Source: Zygnema circumcarinatum SAG 698-1b
Taxonomy: Eukaryota; Plantae; Zygnematophyceae
Direction: 5' to 3'
Assembly: GCA_037447605.1 (NCBI GenBank)
Contig: CM074813.1
Coordinates: 2,914,001 to 2,978,000, forward strand
DNA length: 64,000 nucleotides
Shown: positions 25,905 through 47,015 of the stretch, piece after piece
How positions within the stretch are numbered: the first letter of the stretch is position 1
Layout of the letters: each line of letters starts with the position of its first letter
Program-made: the position numbers and the translations under genes
The notes under the pieces: generated by a model
Seen by the model: only the letters and a program-made list of their open reading frames with translations
The model's database searches: none
Told to the model about the DNA's origin: nothing

Positions 25905-26349
25905 GGCGCCACTGGACGGCCGCAGAGCGAGCCACGTGTCGCTCTCCCTCAAGAAGGAAACAAAGCTCTTTTCTGAACCCTCTACTGTAATCCTGTTACA
26001 GACACTACCCGTACATTCCCGTACGGTCTATTTTGTACCATTGAAAGTTCGTACCTGCGTTCCATGTTCGAATACGCTGTTCGGACTACGAAAGTACAGT
26101 ACTTTTTGGATATCCTAGGTCGGTGCGATATAAGTGACTGTTCGTTCCTACAGAATACATGATATCACGTGGTTTTACCGTACCCTTTTGTCCCATGCGC
26201 GCGCATGCGGCTGTGCCCTGAACCCTACCCCCTCCCTTCCTTCCAGTCTGCCTTCTCATGTCTCCTTCCTCTCCCCGCCCTGAACTCTAGAAACCCAAAA
26301 CCTTGGGTTCCCCCCCCCGCATGCCCCTCCCCTCCCCTCCCCTCCCGCC
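25905..26349. promoter_or_regulatory. Putative bidirectional promoter between RH50 and pTAC2
   Basis: Only 445 bp separate the two divergent ATGs. The interval holds 7 GTAC (26011-26183) and CACGTG at 25933 and 26166. Confidence 0.7.
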
Positions 26350-35022
<8,673 letters not shown>

Positions 35023-35710
35023 AGGTTTAAGATTTAATGTTTAGGGCTTAGGGTCTAAGGATGCTCTTATTGTATGGTCAGAAAGTAGAAAGGAGAAAGT
35101 AAATTGGGTCAAAAATGATCTATTTTCTTTTTATAAGATTATTGAGATAAGGAATGTGACCTGCGTCGATGTATGAGAACATGGTGGATGACATGTGACA
35201 TGTCTGGGATATATGTTACGGTGAAAATGTGTGGTTCGGCATGCATGGCTCCAACGGACAAACAATCATCTTTTTCGGAACACGTTGAAGCAACAAAATT
35301 AAAAAAAAACCCACTAAATATTCGAAAGGACCCCAAAGAAACTACCTCCAAAAATCAACGGACCCAACCTACTTCTTGGCTTATTTTCCATGTTCATCAC
35401 AACCTGCTCCCGTTCTGTTCCATTCTATTCTGCACAATTCCATGCGCTCTCCTCCTGACATGTTCCATTACATTCTCCGTCCAGTTCAGCGAAATCAAAC
35501 ATCCTGCGAATTTTGTTTGGCTTTATCAGTAGATTGGAGCACAGCCCCCTGGCAATCACGGAATCTACTCGGAATAGCTTGGACATAGAACGATGGGGAA
35601 ATGACATGGAGATGATGAACATGATGATGTGCCAATGGGGAGGCGCAGGGGGGACCATGAAGTGACGATGTGATGTTGACGATGAGATGATGATGGTGAT
35701 GATGATGGAC

Positions 35711-37656
35711 CTATGATGGTTCCACAGCAGCCTGCCCGGCAGCATCCGCTTCCTTGCTGTTCAGACTGCGCCCAGAAGAGAGGAGGTCTGACAGAGCACC
35801 GCTTGCATTAAAAAAGCTCTTTGCTTTGAACTCGTAGGGTCCCGTTGTTGGGCCAAACACCTGCCCACAGAGGGAGGACGGGAGAGAGAGAGAGAGAGGG
35901 GAGGACGAAGGGAGGGAGTGTGAGCGTGGATGTGCAAGAATATCTCACAAAAAATTGAAGGGGACTCAAGCAGAAACATTCTGGTTTGATTGTATTTCGG
36001 GTTGCCTGTTTGCTTTTTCAAGGAGGGACGGGAGCGAGGGAAAGAGGGTTGAAAAAAGTGGAAGAGAACAGAAGACAGATAGTAATGACAAGAGAAGTTC
36101 AGCAGGCAAAGCTCTACTTATGGACCCGTTATTTCCAATTGAGCCTCTTCAGAATGTTAAGCCCACCTGCACGTCTTTCTCGTTGAACCCGCGATCCCAT
36201 TGGTGGATCTCTCCGCTCCTGAAGAGGCTCACCTCGCAGCTGCTGTATGTTGCCCCGCTCTGAAAATCAAAGGATACATGTCTTAGGTCTTAGGTCTTAG
36301 GTGGTTTCCGAAAGTTTTCCAAAGCTCGTCAGGTCCGTCTTTATTTGAGGGTTTGCCAGGGCTAAAGGATAGGCCAGCGTCGGATGGGCTTGTTTGCAAT
36401 CTATGCAAAGAGAATCTCATCATCTATCTCATTCTCTCATCTCATGCATTCAGATCGGAGAGATAATAAAATGGAAAGTTTGAGCATACATAGTTCTGAG
36501 GGAAGCCTCCCGGAGGAGTCGAGCCTTCATAGAGGCACTTGCGTCCGCGTTCGCACTGGTTCAAATGAACTGTGAAGAGATGCTCCGAAATGTTCTGAAC
36601 ACACAAAAATAAGCAGTTTTAGCATCCAAATGCAAGTAACTGAAGATGAAAATCACCATTGCAGACTCTTTTCCAACCAAATATGCATCCCCGAAATAAG
36701 TAGAGAATTAGAGCGTTCTCTAATGTACCTCTGCAACGTCTTCAACTCCCGGTCTGTCTTGAACTTCGCGGTCACAGAAATTTCTGAACTGCTCCACATC
36801 TTTCACTGCATAGCTCGCCATCTGCACTCCGCAAATTTTGCCAGCTTCAGTTTTTCAGTTTTAGGGCCTTTAGGCATCTTAGGCCTTTTAGGGTAAAAAA
36901 CGAGACGATCAAACTTTTCGGGACAACATGATGCAGAAGAAAAAAGCAATGTGCAAATGAAAATAGAAAAATACACGAAAACTTAAGCCCCGCAGGTCTT
37001 CCCACACGAATGCATCTTTTCAGTAGCTTATACTTGACTGCATCATCCCCATAGAAAGGAACTGAAACTCCACAAATTGCTTCCTCTGAAATTCATTCCA
37101 AAGCATTTCCATTTGCAGTGAAAAGTAACAGAAGGGAGTAAGTTGTACCTCGACATCACAGTTCATGTCTTTCGGACAAGGCTTCACCTTCAAGAACCTC
37201 TGCACACAAGAAGGAAAAAATACAAAGAACTATCAGCAATGTACAATAACTTTTGCGCACGGATTCAACCAATATTTCGCGGATTGATCTAGCACAAATG
37301 TAGATAATGAGCTCTCAGACTGCTCTCAAATTTCTTTGTGAGGAGAGAAAAGAGAGAAGAGCTGACTTCGTAATATGACGAATCTCACCTGCCTGTACGG
37401 ACGCTCTGGGGTCCTCCAGAAAGCCTGTGTGAGATACATATGAACAGAATAACATTATAGGCTGAAAACGCAAAAAAAAAAAATCATCCTTTTTCTTTCT
37501 AGAACTTGGCTAGGATATGAGAATTGATCCACCACAAAGCAACCTTAAATCAGCAGGTTCCTTAAGCATGAAAATCATGCATTTGCCGGACATAGTGAGA
37601 GCTGCTACACGACGAAGTCAACTTTCTACAAAAGTTCATACTGCTCGCTGTAGAGT

Positions 37657-37745
<89 letters not shown>

Positions 37746-39151
37746 TACCTGCTCGCTGTAGATCAAACGAGAACCATCCGGTAATTCTCCGGCAGGGCAG
37801 GCGTTAAGCCTACGCGGAAAAGGGCACCCCAACAAAAACGATACTATTAGGAGGATTGATCTACAAACACAAAAGGGGCGAATTTCCCATTTTTTTTTTT
37901 TATCCAAAATGATTTACCCACCACCTCCCAGCCTCCATCCTCTGTCTCTCTACCTCCTCTTCTCCATTTCTGCTCCCCTCTCCTCTCCTTCCATCACCAC
38001 CATTCTCAGTTCTCCAGCCTGTGTGGGAGAGCGAGTGAGGTCCTTCGCTGGCTTCACACTTATTCCTCCCTTATCATCTCTCGCCCTACCTTTCCTTCTA
38101 CGCTTCTCCTTGCTCTCCTTCAACCACTCCATGTCTCTGCCTCCTCCTCTCTCCCTCTCCTGTCTTCCCCGCTCGTCCAAATCCCCATCATTTCTCTCCC
38201 AGTCCACCTAATTATGCCCCTAATAATTCAAACAGAACTCACCGAATATTAAAATATTGTAGCGGATCCTTGGCTGCTTGATCAGTTGAGAACTGCAGCA
38301 AATAAATCAACAAATAAATAAAAAACAACATCAGCACCGCGACGAAAAATCTTCAGACAATGGCTGGCTATGAATGAAGTGACGCCAAAAACAATCACAC
38401 TTCCCTCCCCCCTTTCTCTCTCTCTCTCCCCTTCTCTCTCTCGCCTTCTCCCTACGAAATAAAAAGGAGAGAGAGAAAGGAAGGAGAAGCAACAAAAGAT
38501 AGCCTTCTTGACTAAAAAACATTTCAAGTGACTTGAAACTAGGACCTTGTCAACCATACTTCTAAAAAAAGGAAGGAAAAAAAAAAAAAGCCCACATGCT
38601 CACTTCAGAAACAGCAACATGTTATGTACTGCTTCCAAGGGCTATACATACAAGTGGCTGAATTTAAACACTGCCACTAATCCAAACCATTCAAAGAACA
38701 TGCTCTCACCATGTCTAGCAATATGTCAGAATGACAAGACAACACAAGACTTAGATATTCAATAAACAAATCTCCTACGCTTTTTGCAGAAAAAATATCC
38801 CTGTTTGGGATGCAGCGACAACCACTCAGACAACAAAAAAAAAGGAGGAGGAACTACCAATGCTCCTTCTCATAACAGAAAAAGCCCCAAACAAGAGGAC
38901 ATACATACCTTTTCCCCGCAGAACAAGTCCATGACTCGCTTGGCATGATCCCAGCGCGTGGTCCGCTTCGTCAGCTTCCGCACAAGGTAGGCCCCGCCCA
39001 GAAATATGAGGGCCTTCACTGCAATGCCGCGGACAGCCTTCGCTCCTCCTCCGCCTCCTCCCTCCTCCTCCCGTGGAGAGAAGCCTCCGGAGGACACGAT
39101 GCTGCTGCTCAGGCCGTCCATGGGCGCGCCCTCCTCTCCAGATTTCGCCAT
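35711..39151 (-). CDS. CRL: CRUMPLED LEAF (CpcT/CpeT chromophore-lyase-like plastid outer-envelope protein), 9 exons, 293 aa
   Basis: Exons 39151-38909, 38292-38243, 37809-37749, 37424-37389, 37199-37149, 36821-36729, 36594-36490, 36259-36167, 35860-35711 give VKALIFLGGAYLVRKLTKRTTRWDHAK, GEK|FSTDQAAKDPLQYFNIR, CPAGELPDGS, AFWRTPERPYRQ, VKPCPKDMNCDVE, NFCDR, CLYEGSTPPGGFP, WDRGF, GPYEFK. Confidence 0.95.
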
Positions 39152-41530
39152 GGCTGCAAGAGCGGTGGGCTTACAGGGGAGCGACCAAGGGCATGGAAGA
39201 ATCTGGAGGCTTTTAGGGTTAGGGAAATGTCAGAGAGCTCTCAGAGTGTGTGTTTGCGTGCGTATGGGAATAAGAAAGGCTCTGTTTAGAATAAGGGGAT
39301 GGCTTGGCTCTGTCTCTCTCGCTCTCTCCCTCTCTCGCTCTCCCTCACAAGCTCTCTCGCGCTCTCTCTCTCTCTCTCTCACACAACAAGGCCGCCTTGC
39401 TGGGAAGAGGGGCTGGTGCAGAGTGTCCGAAAATTGTAGTTTGTTTGGAACTCCAGCCGTACACATTGCGATTACTTTTTTTGGTTCAATAAAATTCAAA
39501 ATCGGGAATGGAAAATCCACAATTTTTGAAAAGTAAGAAAAAAATTCTGACCAATCGTGTGCTGCCATGAGAACTTTCGACTGACCGAAATCCACGCTTT
39601 GGCCTGGTCCTAATTTTCTCGCGGCAAACCGAGGATTCGGGCAGACAAAAAACGACTGTGCGAATTACAAATGCAATTATTTATTCTTTCAAAAAGCGTC
39701 GCGTGGCGTGAAAAATCTTTTGGCTTGAAACGTAAACGGACGCTCCGGCATTTCCGGAAATGCCTTCTTCCCTCGGCGACCGAGAATTTGCGGTTTTATG
39801 CGTCCAGCTAGTCACAGTTTACAGTTTACAGTAATCCGGCGCAGTTCCACTTCTTGTTGTACGCTTTATTTCAGCGTGACAGAATGTGTCCCTTGCGGTC
39901 CCCGTGTCCCCGTGCAGACTCTGTTTGACTGCGAACAGAACTTCGACAGCGAACAGAGGGCAAAGAGAGGGGTGCGAGTAGGGGCATTCCGCTCCTTGTG
40001 CGCGCTCTGTCTCCAGTCCAGTTTCCCGTTTTGCACTGGAAAAGCTTAAACTGGCATAGACAGAACTACCCTTGATAGAAGGATTGTGGCCGTACATGTT
40101 TGATGTCACCGCCCTAGCACTACAATGCACGAAGGACTGCAAGTTTTTGTTGCATGCATTGTTCCTGAAAGGCTTGTTGTGTGGTCTGGGGGTGCATTGT
40201 GCCCATTGTTGAATATTCATTCGAAGGTGTGCTTTGAGGACTATCTGTAATGGCAAAACTATCTGCAGGGGCGGTTAGTGGGAGGATTTCCGACTTGCAT
40301 CGTCATCACTTGGGAAGGAGAGGGAGAGAGGGAGAGCGGAGAAAGGGAGAGAGGAGAGGGGAGGGGGAGAGTGGGGGAGAGAGGGGGAGAGAGGGGGAGA
40401 GAGGGAGAGAGAGGGGGAGAGATGGGAAGAGAGGGGNNNNNNNNNNGAGGGGGAGAGGGGGAGAGAGGGGAAGAGAGGGGGAGAGAGGGGGAGAGAGGGA
40501 GAGAGAGGGCGAGAGGGGGAGAGAGGGGGAGAGAGAGGGAGAGGCGGGGAGAGGGGGGAGTGGGGGAGAGAGGGGGAGAGAGGGAGAGATGAAAAGAGCA
40601 ACTCAGTGCGTCATATGGGCCAAAAGCAAGTTGCAAGCATCAGAGAATCGAAGGAGGACTCGGAAGACAGAGATTTTTTGTTGTCTAGACCCCTATGTAC
40701 CACCCGAGTAAACGTTTTACTACATACAAACTCGTATTTATAGACGTGATTGGATCCGTACCGCTGACTACATCGCAATCCAGTATCGTTGTGAGATAAA
40801 CCGCCGGTACTTATTTAAAAAAAACACAATTATTTACAAAAATTAAATAATCCAATCCAAACCGAGGGAGGAAGCGGGGGGGGGGAGGGGAGAGGGAGGG
40901 AAGAAGCCGGAGAGAGAGAGCGAGCGGGAGGGAAGGAGCGGGAGGGAAGCAGAGAGCAGGAGTGAGGGAGGGGGAGGGGGAGGGAGGGAGCGGGAGGGAG
41001 GGAGGAGGAGGGGGAGGGAGGGAGCGGGAGTGAGGGAGGGGGGACGGAGCGGGAGGGGGGGAGGGAGCGGGAGGGAGGGAGGAACGGGGGGGGGAGGGAG
41101 AGGAAGGGAAGGAGCGGGAGGGAGAGAGCGGGAGGGAGAGGGAAGGGAGTGAGCGGCGAGGAGTGGAGGGCAAGCTCTCAGCTTCTCTCACTCTTCTGGC
41201 AGGCCTCCCGCCCCGGTTCTCTCCTTCCCTCCATCAACCACCCACTCTCCTGCTTTCGGCATATGCCGCTCGAGAAGGCGCCCATTTTCCTCGACCAGTG
41301 CAGGCGCCTGCTGCTGACATGGCACGCGCCACCGCCCGCCACGTGGCGCATGCTGCCTTCCGTGAGCGCGCGCGCGCGCGAGAGCGATAGAGAGAGAGGG
41401 AGAGAGAGAGAGAGATGCTGACGTGGTGCGGATCTGATACTCTGTGTCACGTGGCTCACGCGTATTGTTACCACATATCACGCTGATCGGACGGCCGCGG
41501 TGGACTTTTCGCGCAACTTTTTCGAACCGA

Positions 41531-41726
41531 CAGATGGGTTTGTCTTTTGCATGAGCTGACGTCAGGAGGGATGGATGAGTTTGACGTTTTGCGCTTGATG
41601 ACGCGTGGATGGGCTTTGCTTTTTGCGCTTGATGACGTCAACATTGGTGGATGGCTTTTGGCCCTTTTAGCGTGATGACGTTTACGTCGGCAGATGGGTT
41701 TGGCTTTTTGGGCTTGATGACTTCAG
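41531..41726 (+). repeat. Five imperfect 34-43-bp tandem units (GATGGGTTTG..TTTTGCGCTTGATGACGT) upstream of NSE4
   Basis: Units start at about 41533, 41574, 41608, 41650 and 41693; each carries TGACG or TGATGAC. Confidence 0.7.
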
Positions 41727-42537
41727 GGAACTTCACTTTGGGACATTCCTGTCCATGCGGATAACATTCTGTGGACGCGGTCGGAGCGTTTCTGTGTAAT
41801 ATTTCATAGTTGTGATTTTACATGCTATTCAAACGCTGTTGAGACATATCGACGCAACACATTGCAGATAGAATCGACGTAATGTTTAACTGTGAACCCG
41901 TATTTTTGCATGTGCACGGCATGGGAGTAAAATTTTCTTGTTGGCGGGCCATGGAATGTGGCAAGGCTCGAACCGGGAACCTCCCTCTCCCAAATTTTGA
42001 AATTTGAAACGTCAATTTTTCGAATTTTTGAAAAAATTTCGCCTCCACCCTCTCCCTCTCTTTCTCCCTCTCTCTCCGCGTGAAGGTGACGCATGAAAAC
42101 CCTAATTTGTGGAATCAGTTACTGCAGCAGGGATTGACAAGATTAAAAAAGCTTGCATTTTGCCCTTTTCATCTCATTTCGTCCTACATCCTCTTCTTTA
42201 TGTCCTCTCGCGCATTTTGTGGCGGAGAAAGAGGCACCTTATTGATCTTATTGGAGGAGAAAGGAAAAAATTAGGGCAGAAAGCAGCTGCAGATCATGGT
42301 CAGAGCTGCATGTCGATCGCTCTTGCGACTCTTCAAGTATTTTTTTGTGCCCTCAAAGGCTCTGGTTTACCATGTGCTGAAAAGTTAGGGCTTCCGTGAG
42401 CCAGGCTCCCTTCCGTTCCGTTTTTAGGGTTTCTGATGCTTCATAGCTTCTTCCTGCAGCGATTTAGGGCTTCCTTGCTTCCCTTGCTGCATTCTTTTCC
42501 TTTTCCTCTTCGCTTTTAGAATTTCGCTCTCTCATCC

Positions 42538-45500
42538 ATGGCTTCCATGGAGGAGGAGAGGGAGCTGCTCACCGCGAGCGAGATCCGGAGAAAGCAGCGG
42601 GAGATAAGGAGTATTGTTCGCGGTAAGACTATCAACTTACAGGATGTACAAAGTTGATTTAGGTCACGATTTGGGGTGAGAGAGGGAGAGGGAGGAATAG
42701 GCAGAGGCAGAAAAGGAGAGGGTGGCAGATCGAGAGCAAGTCAGAGAGGGAGGAAAGAGGGAGAGGGATAGGGAGTCAGATGCAGATGGAGTGAAAGAAG
42801 GGGAAAGGGGTATGGTGTCCGGAGAAACGGAGTGAGATATGTAGAGAGGAGTGATGGTCAGGGAGGGAAGGGCGAGAGGAGTGAGGGCGAGAGAGATAGG
42901 CGAAGACAGATAGAGGATGAACGCAGAGATATTGCGAGACAGGGGAAGGTTAGGGTAAGATAGGTGAGCGGGATAGAGAGGGGCCACTACAGACAAGCGA
43001 TGACGACGGAGTCAGGGAGAGAAAGCAGGAAAGGAGCTAGTTGAGAGTGGGAGGCAAAGGTAGAGAAGAAACTACAGAATTGAGGAGGGAGAGAGGAAGG
43101 AGATGAAGAGAGTAAGGCAATGGAAGAGATGTAGTACTTGTAGGGGAGAGAGAGAGAGAAAGAGAGGGAGAGGGAGAGTGAGAGGGAAAATTGAAAAAGA
43201 TTTGAATTGTAAATTTGCTCTTTTTCGCTCTGCAGTTTCAAAAGCGGCAGTTCTCGAGGGAAGGAACTTCGAGTCGCTTATGGACTCAATTAACTCCTCG
43301 CAAAAAAATGGTAACCTTTTGTCCCTCCGTTTTCCTCCCTACTTTCTACCTGAGCCTGCTTGTATGATTATGATATTCAACGGATTCCTTAGCTGACCCA
43401 CCTTTTACCTTTGTGTAGAAAATGAGAATGATGTTCATAGTTTTTACGACTCCATGAATGAGGTGGTGATGATGTGACCTCTGCAGAAGTTTAATGTCAG
43501 TACTTTGTTTCAGTTTGTCTGTTTTTATCTCGTTTACGTAACGTTTTGAGGGACCGGAGATGCCTGAAACCATATCCGTGCCGTACTGTGCTGTATTGCT
43601 ACTCAATCCGTTTTGTTTTCATCTTTCGTTTCTAGCAGCAAAACAGATGGAACTACATGCAAACGATGCCGAAATTCTTCACGATCTGTCCGGAATTCTT
43701 GTTGGAGAAGTCAAAGAACTGAGACGGAGTGAAGGTCCTTCACCGTTGGAATTTGTTCGTGCTATTCAGCGCAAATATAAGAAGGAATCCATTGAAGAAA
43801 ATACGGAAGTTAGTCCATCGGCTATCGATTGGGAGGAGTTGGGTAAGGAAGCAGCGGAATACATGGCAGGAATCCCCGGATTATGCACCATGTAATGCCC
43901 CCAAAAAACTCATCACCTTGTTCACAGCTTTCGGTATCGTATTTTTTGTACGACTTTAGGAACTGAGGTCTATCGTGTTTGGGGCTTTCTGGTATTGGAG
44001 ATTTGTTGATCGAAGTATGGATTTCTATTGGATGAATAATGGAATAAATTTTTAGGGTTTACATCTTCTTGAGTTTATTCTTAGATTCTTGCTAGTTTCT
44101 TCAATACCCGCATCTCGGTTAGACCTTGAATGGTTATTGGTGAATCCAGAGTTTTGGTTTAGTTTGTAGGTCTTCAGGTTTTGTAAATTTACATTTTTTT
44201 GGGGTTTGTAGTTCTGGGCCGGCGTTGCATGCTATTGAAAATTCACCTTTTTTGGGGGGTTTGAATGGGACGTGTACATGGTGTTCAAATGGGTTCTAAT
44301 GTCTGGCGGAATGGTGCAGGCTTGGACCTATGGATGCGGAACCGAAGGTAAGGAGAGCGGCAACTACGGGGCAGAGGAGGAGAGCAGAGCGACCAAGCGA
44401 GGCTGTGAGGCCTGCTCAGGTGAGAGGAATGACGAAGGGAGGCAGGGGAGGGAGGGTAGGAAGGTAAGGAGAGAGGGAGGGCAGGGGGAGNNNNNNNNNN
44501 GAGGGAGTAGGAAGGGGGGACGATGGGGAGGGGACGAGTGGAGGGAGGGATGGAGGATTTCCCTCCCCGATAAGCTAATCTCTTTTTAACGAGGGAGGTG
44601 AGTGAGAAGGAAGGCCGCGGTAGTAAGGTCACAGGTAGGATAGAGCTGAAAACCGAGCTGCCCCTTATGTGTGTTTCACCTGAGACTGGATCACCAACTG
44701 GATTTCTGTGCGGGAGTCGATTTTTGCAGCTTGGCAACGAGAAGCAGGACAAGGAAACCGACAGGGAAACAGAAGCGAACATAATGACACTTTTCAACAT
44801 TCTGAAAGAACAAAAAATGGGTGTCGCCTTTTTGAACCTCGTCTTGAATCGGCAATCTTTTGCTCAAACAATTGAAAATGTTTTTGCATTTTCCTTCCTC
44901 GTGAAAGACGGGCGAGTGGAACTCAGAGTGTCCCCAGAACGCAAGCTATTAGCCAGTGAGTACTTACTTATTTTTCGTTTTATTCCCTTTTCTTTTTCAA
45001 ATTAATGTTATTATTAACCTTCGGGTCTGCCACTTGCCTCCTTGTCCCAACTTCCCCCTTTGGATTCACCTTCCCCCTTCTCTGTCTCCCTCTTTGTCTT
45101 GCCACTACTCCTCTTTCCCTTGTCCCTTTCTCCCTCGTTTTTCACGTCTCTCCTGCTCCCTCTCTTTCCGCTGCCTTCTCGTTCCCCCTCCCTCATATCC
45201 CTTATTCTCTCCCTCACTTCTCCTCTCCCCCTATTTCCCTTCTTCATCACTTTCTCCTTTTCAATCTGTGGAGTATGAAGTGGCCAATTGAGTCCATATT
45301 TTATTCCATCAATTGTTGGATGTGTTTCCACCGATTAGCAACCCCGCCTACGTCCTATTTCAGTTCCGGTACAGCTTTACTCATGTTAATGATCCTCTGA
45401 ACACGGAACCATCTGTTCGATGCTCTGCAGTTCCCATGAATGCCCCGCGGGAAGAGCTGCGAGACAGAGGACTCGTTACGAACACACAGTTCTGCTTGCG

Positions 45501-45981
45501 AATTGACTATGCCGACTGGGAGGTAATATTTACTGTCTCTTGTCTTCTCTCTCTTTCTCTCTCTCTCTCATCTCTCTTCACTCTCTCACCCATGTCTCGC
45601 TCCTCTCACTCTCTCCACGTGTGGCTCTCCCTGCTTTCCGCATGCTACTTTCTTCCCATCCTCCAAGTCCTCAAAGCCTGAAACTCCAAATGGGTTTCCT
45701 GTACTTTTCCTCTATTGCAGAAAATGAAGAACGTGGTTCCTTCAGGGCATGAGCTCATGCCCCATCGAGGAGTGGGTCAAAAATCTGTAGCTGACAGTCC
45801 GGCCTCTCCTGCGTCGACACCTGTCCGTGTAACGAGCCGCAACAGAGCACGTTCGAAGCGAACTGTACGGCAGACAAGAACGTCTGACTCGGAGGAAGGG
45901 GAGGGCGACGAGGGAGGGGAGGGAGAGGAAGAGGAGGAACTGCGGCCGAAAGTCAAACGAGAAAAGAAGGGTCGGAGATGA
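42538..45981 (+). CDS. NSE4: NSE4/EID3 kleisin subunit of the SMC5/6 complex
   Basis: Spliced pieces MASMEEERE..IRRKQR, ELHANDAEIL, IDWEELG, CTM|LGPMDAEPK, ETEANIMTLFNIL, LVLNRQSFAQTIENVFAFSFLVKDGRVE, PMNAP, RIDYADWE|KMKNVVPSGHELMPHR match Nse4 family blocks. Confidence 0.9.
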
Positions 45982-46079
45982 GTGAACGTTGTTGGCACTT
46001 TAGGGAATGGGAGCAGCCTTTGGGGTTGTGTTTGTATAGCTCACTTTTTTCTGGACAGGTTGTTTCGCTCTCCCCCTCT

Positions 46080-46121
<42 letters not shown>

Positions 46122-46605
46122 TNNNNNNNNNNCCCCCCCCCCCCCCCCCCTCCACCTTCCCCAACCTCCCCTTTTTGCCCCCCTTTCGCCCCTTCTTTTG
46201 AAATAGCTTTTGTAGCCAAAGGTTGCAAAGGAGGAACCGTTTGCTAAGTGCAGGCAAGAGACTTTGCCTTAGGAGGGAGGGGGGAAGGAGGGGTGAGGGA
46301 AAAAGAACGCGATTTACCAATCTTGAAGGTACATGTAATATTGTAAATCCCAAATAACGTCACAACGCCCCAATGGATGTGTTCGTGTGACTGTGTGTGT
46401 GTGTGTGTGTGTGTATCTCCCTTGTTCTCTCTTTCCCTCTCTCTCCCACCCCCCCCTCACATACACGTGAGGTCTTCATAGTCTACTACAGCAAGTGTAA
46501 CTTTTCGAAATTACACCATGGATAAGAGAGAGGAAAAGTGTCGAAACACGCGCGGAATATGGCCTTAGAGTAGTGGAGGGGCAGAGTGCCACCTTGGAGG
46601 AATGA

Positions 46606-46800
46606 AACTGGCATGGCATGGCATGGCATGGCATTGTAGCATGGACTCAGTCCAGGTCGGACCATTGGATCAACCACGGAATGGCTGCGAACCATTGGCT
46701 GGAATCCAGCCAACCATTGCCAATGGTTGCAAACCTATTCAGTGCCAATGGTTGTCAGCCATTCCAATGGTTGCGAACCATTGGACGGGCAACCATTGGC
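46606..46800. promoter_or_regulatory. (GGCAT)5 followed by about 7 CCAATGG/CCATTGG motifs upstream of the F-box gene
   Basis: Repeated AACCATTGG / CCAATGGTT at about 46662-46798. The regulatory role is inference. Confidence 0.45.
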
Positions 46801-47015
46801 TTGGCAATGACCAGCAGCCAGGCAGGCACGTCGCCCCCTGCCACGTGGCCTGCCTCGAGGCAGCAGCAGCCAGTCAGGAGGGTTTAAGCGCTTGCTGGCC
46901 ATGGCAGACAGGGCAGGGTTCAGGGCCCGCAGGGTTCAGCAGCCAGTCAGAAAATTCTGCACGTCGTGATGAATGAATGCCCCGAAAAAGCACGATTTGA
47001 TTTTGAGAATTCAAA

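Noticed and set aside
39790-40300. Structured-looking region as a candidate snRNA/snoRNA/SRP/telomerase RNA
   Set aside because: No USE/TATA Pol III promoter, paired C/D boxes or telomere template found; only short hairpins.
41531-41726. CRISPR-like repeat/spacer appearance
   Set aside because: Eukaryotic context, degenerate units, no unique spacers of fixed length and no cas genes.
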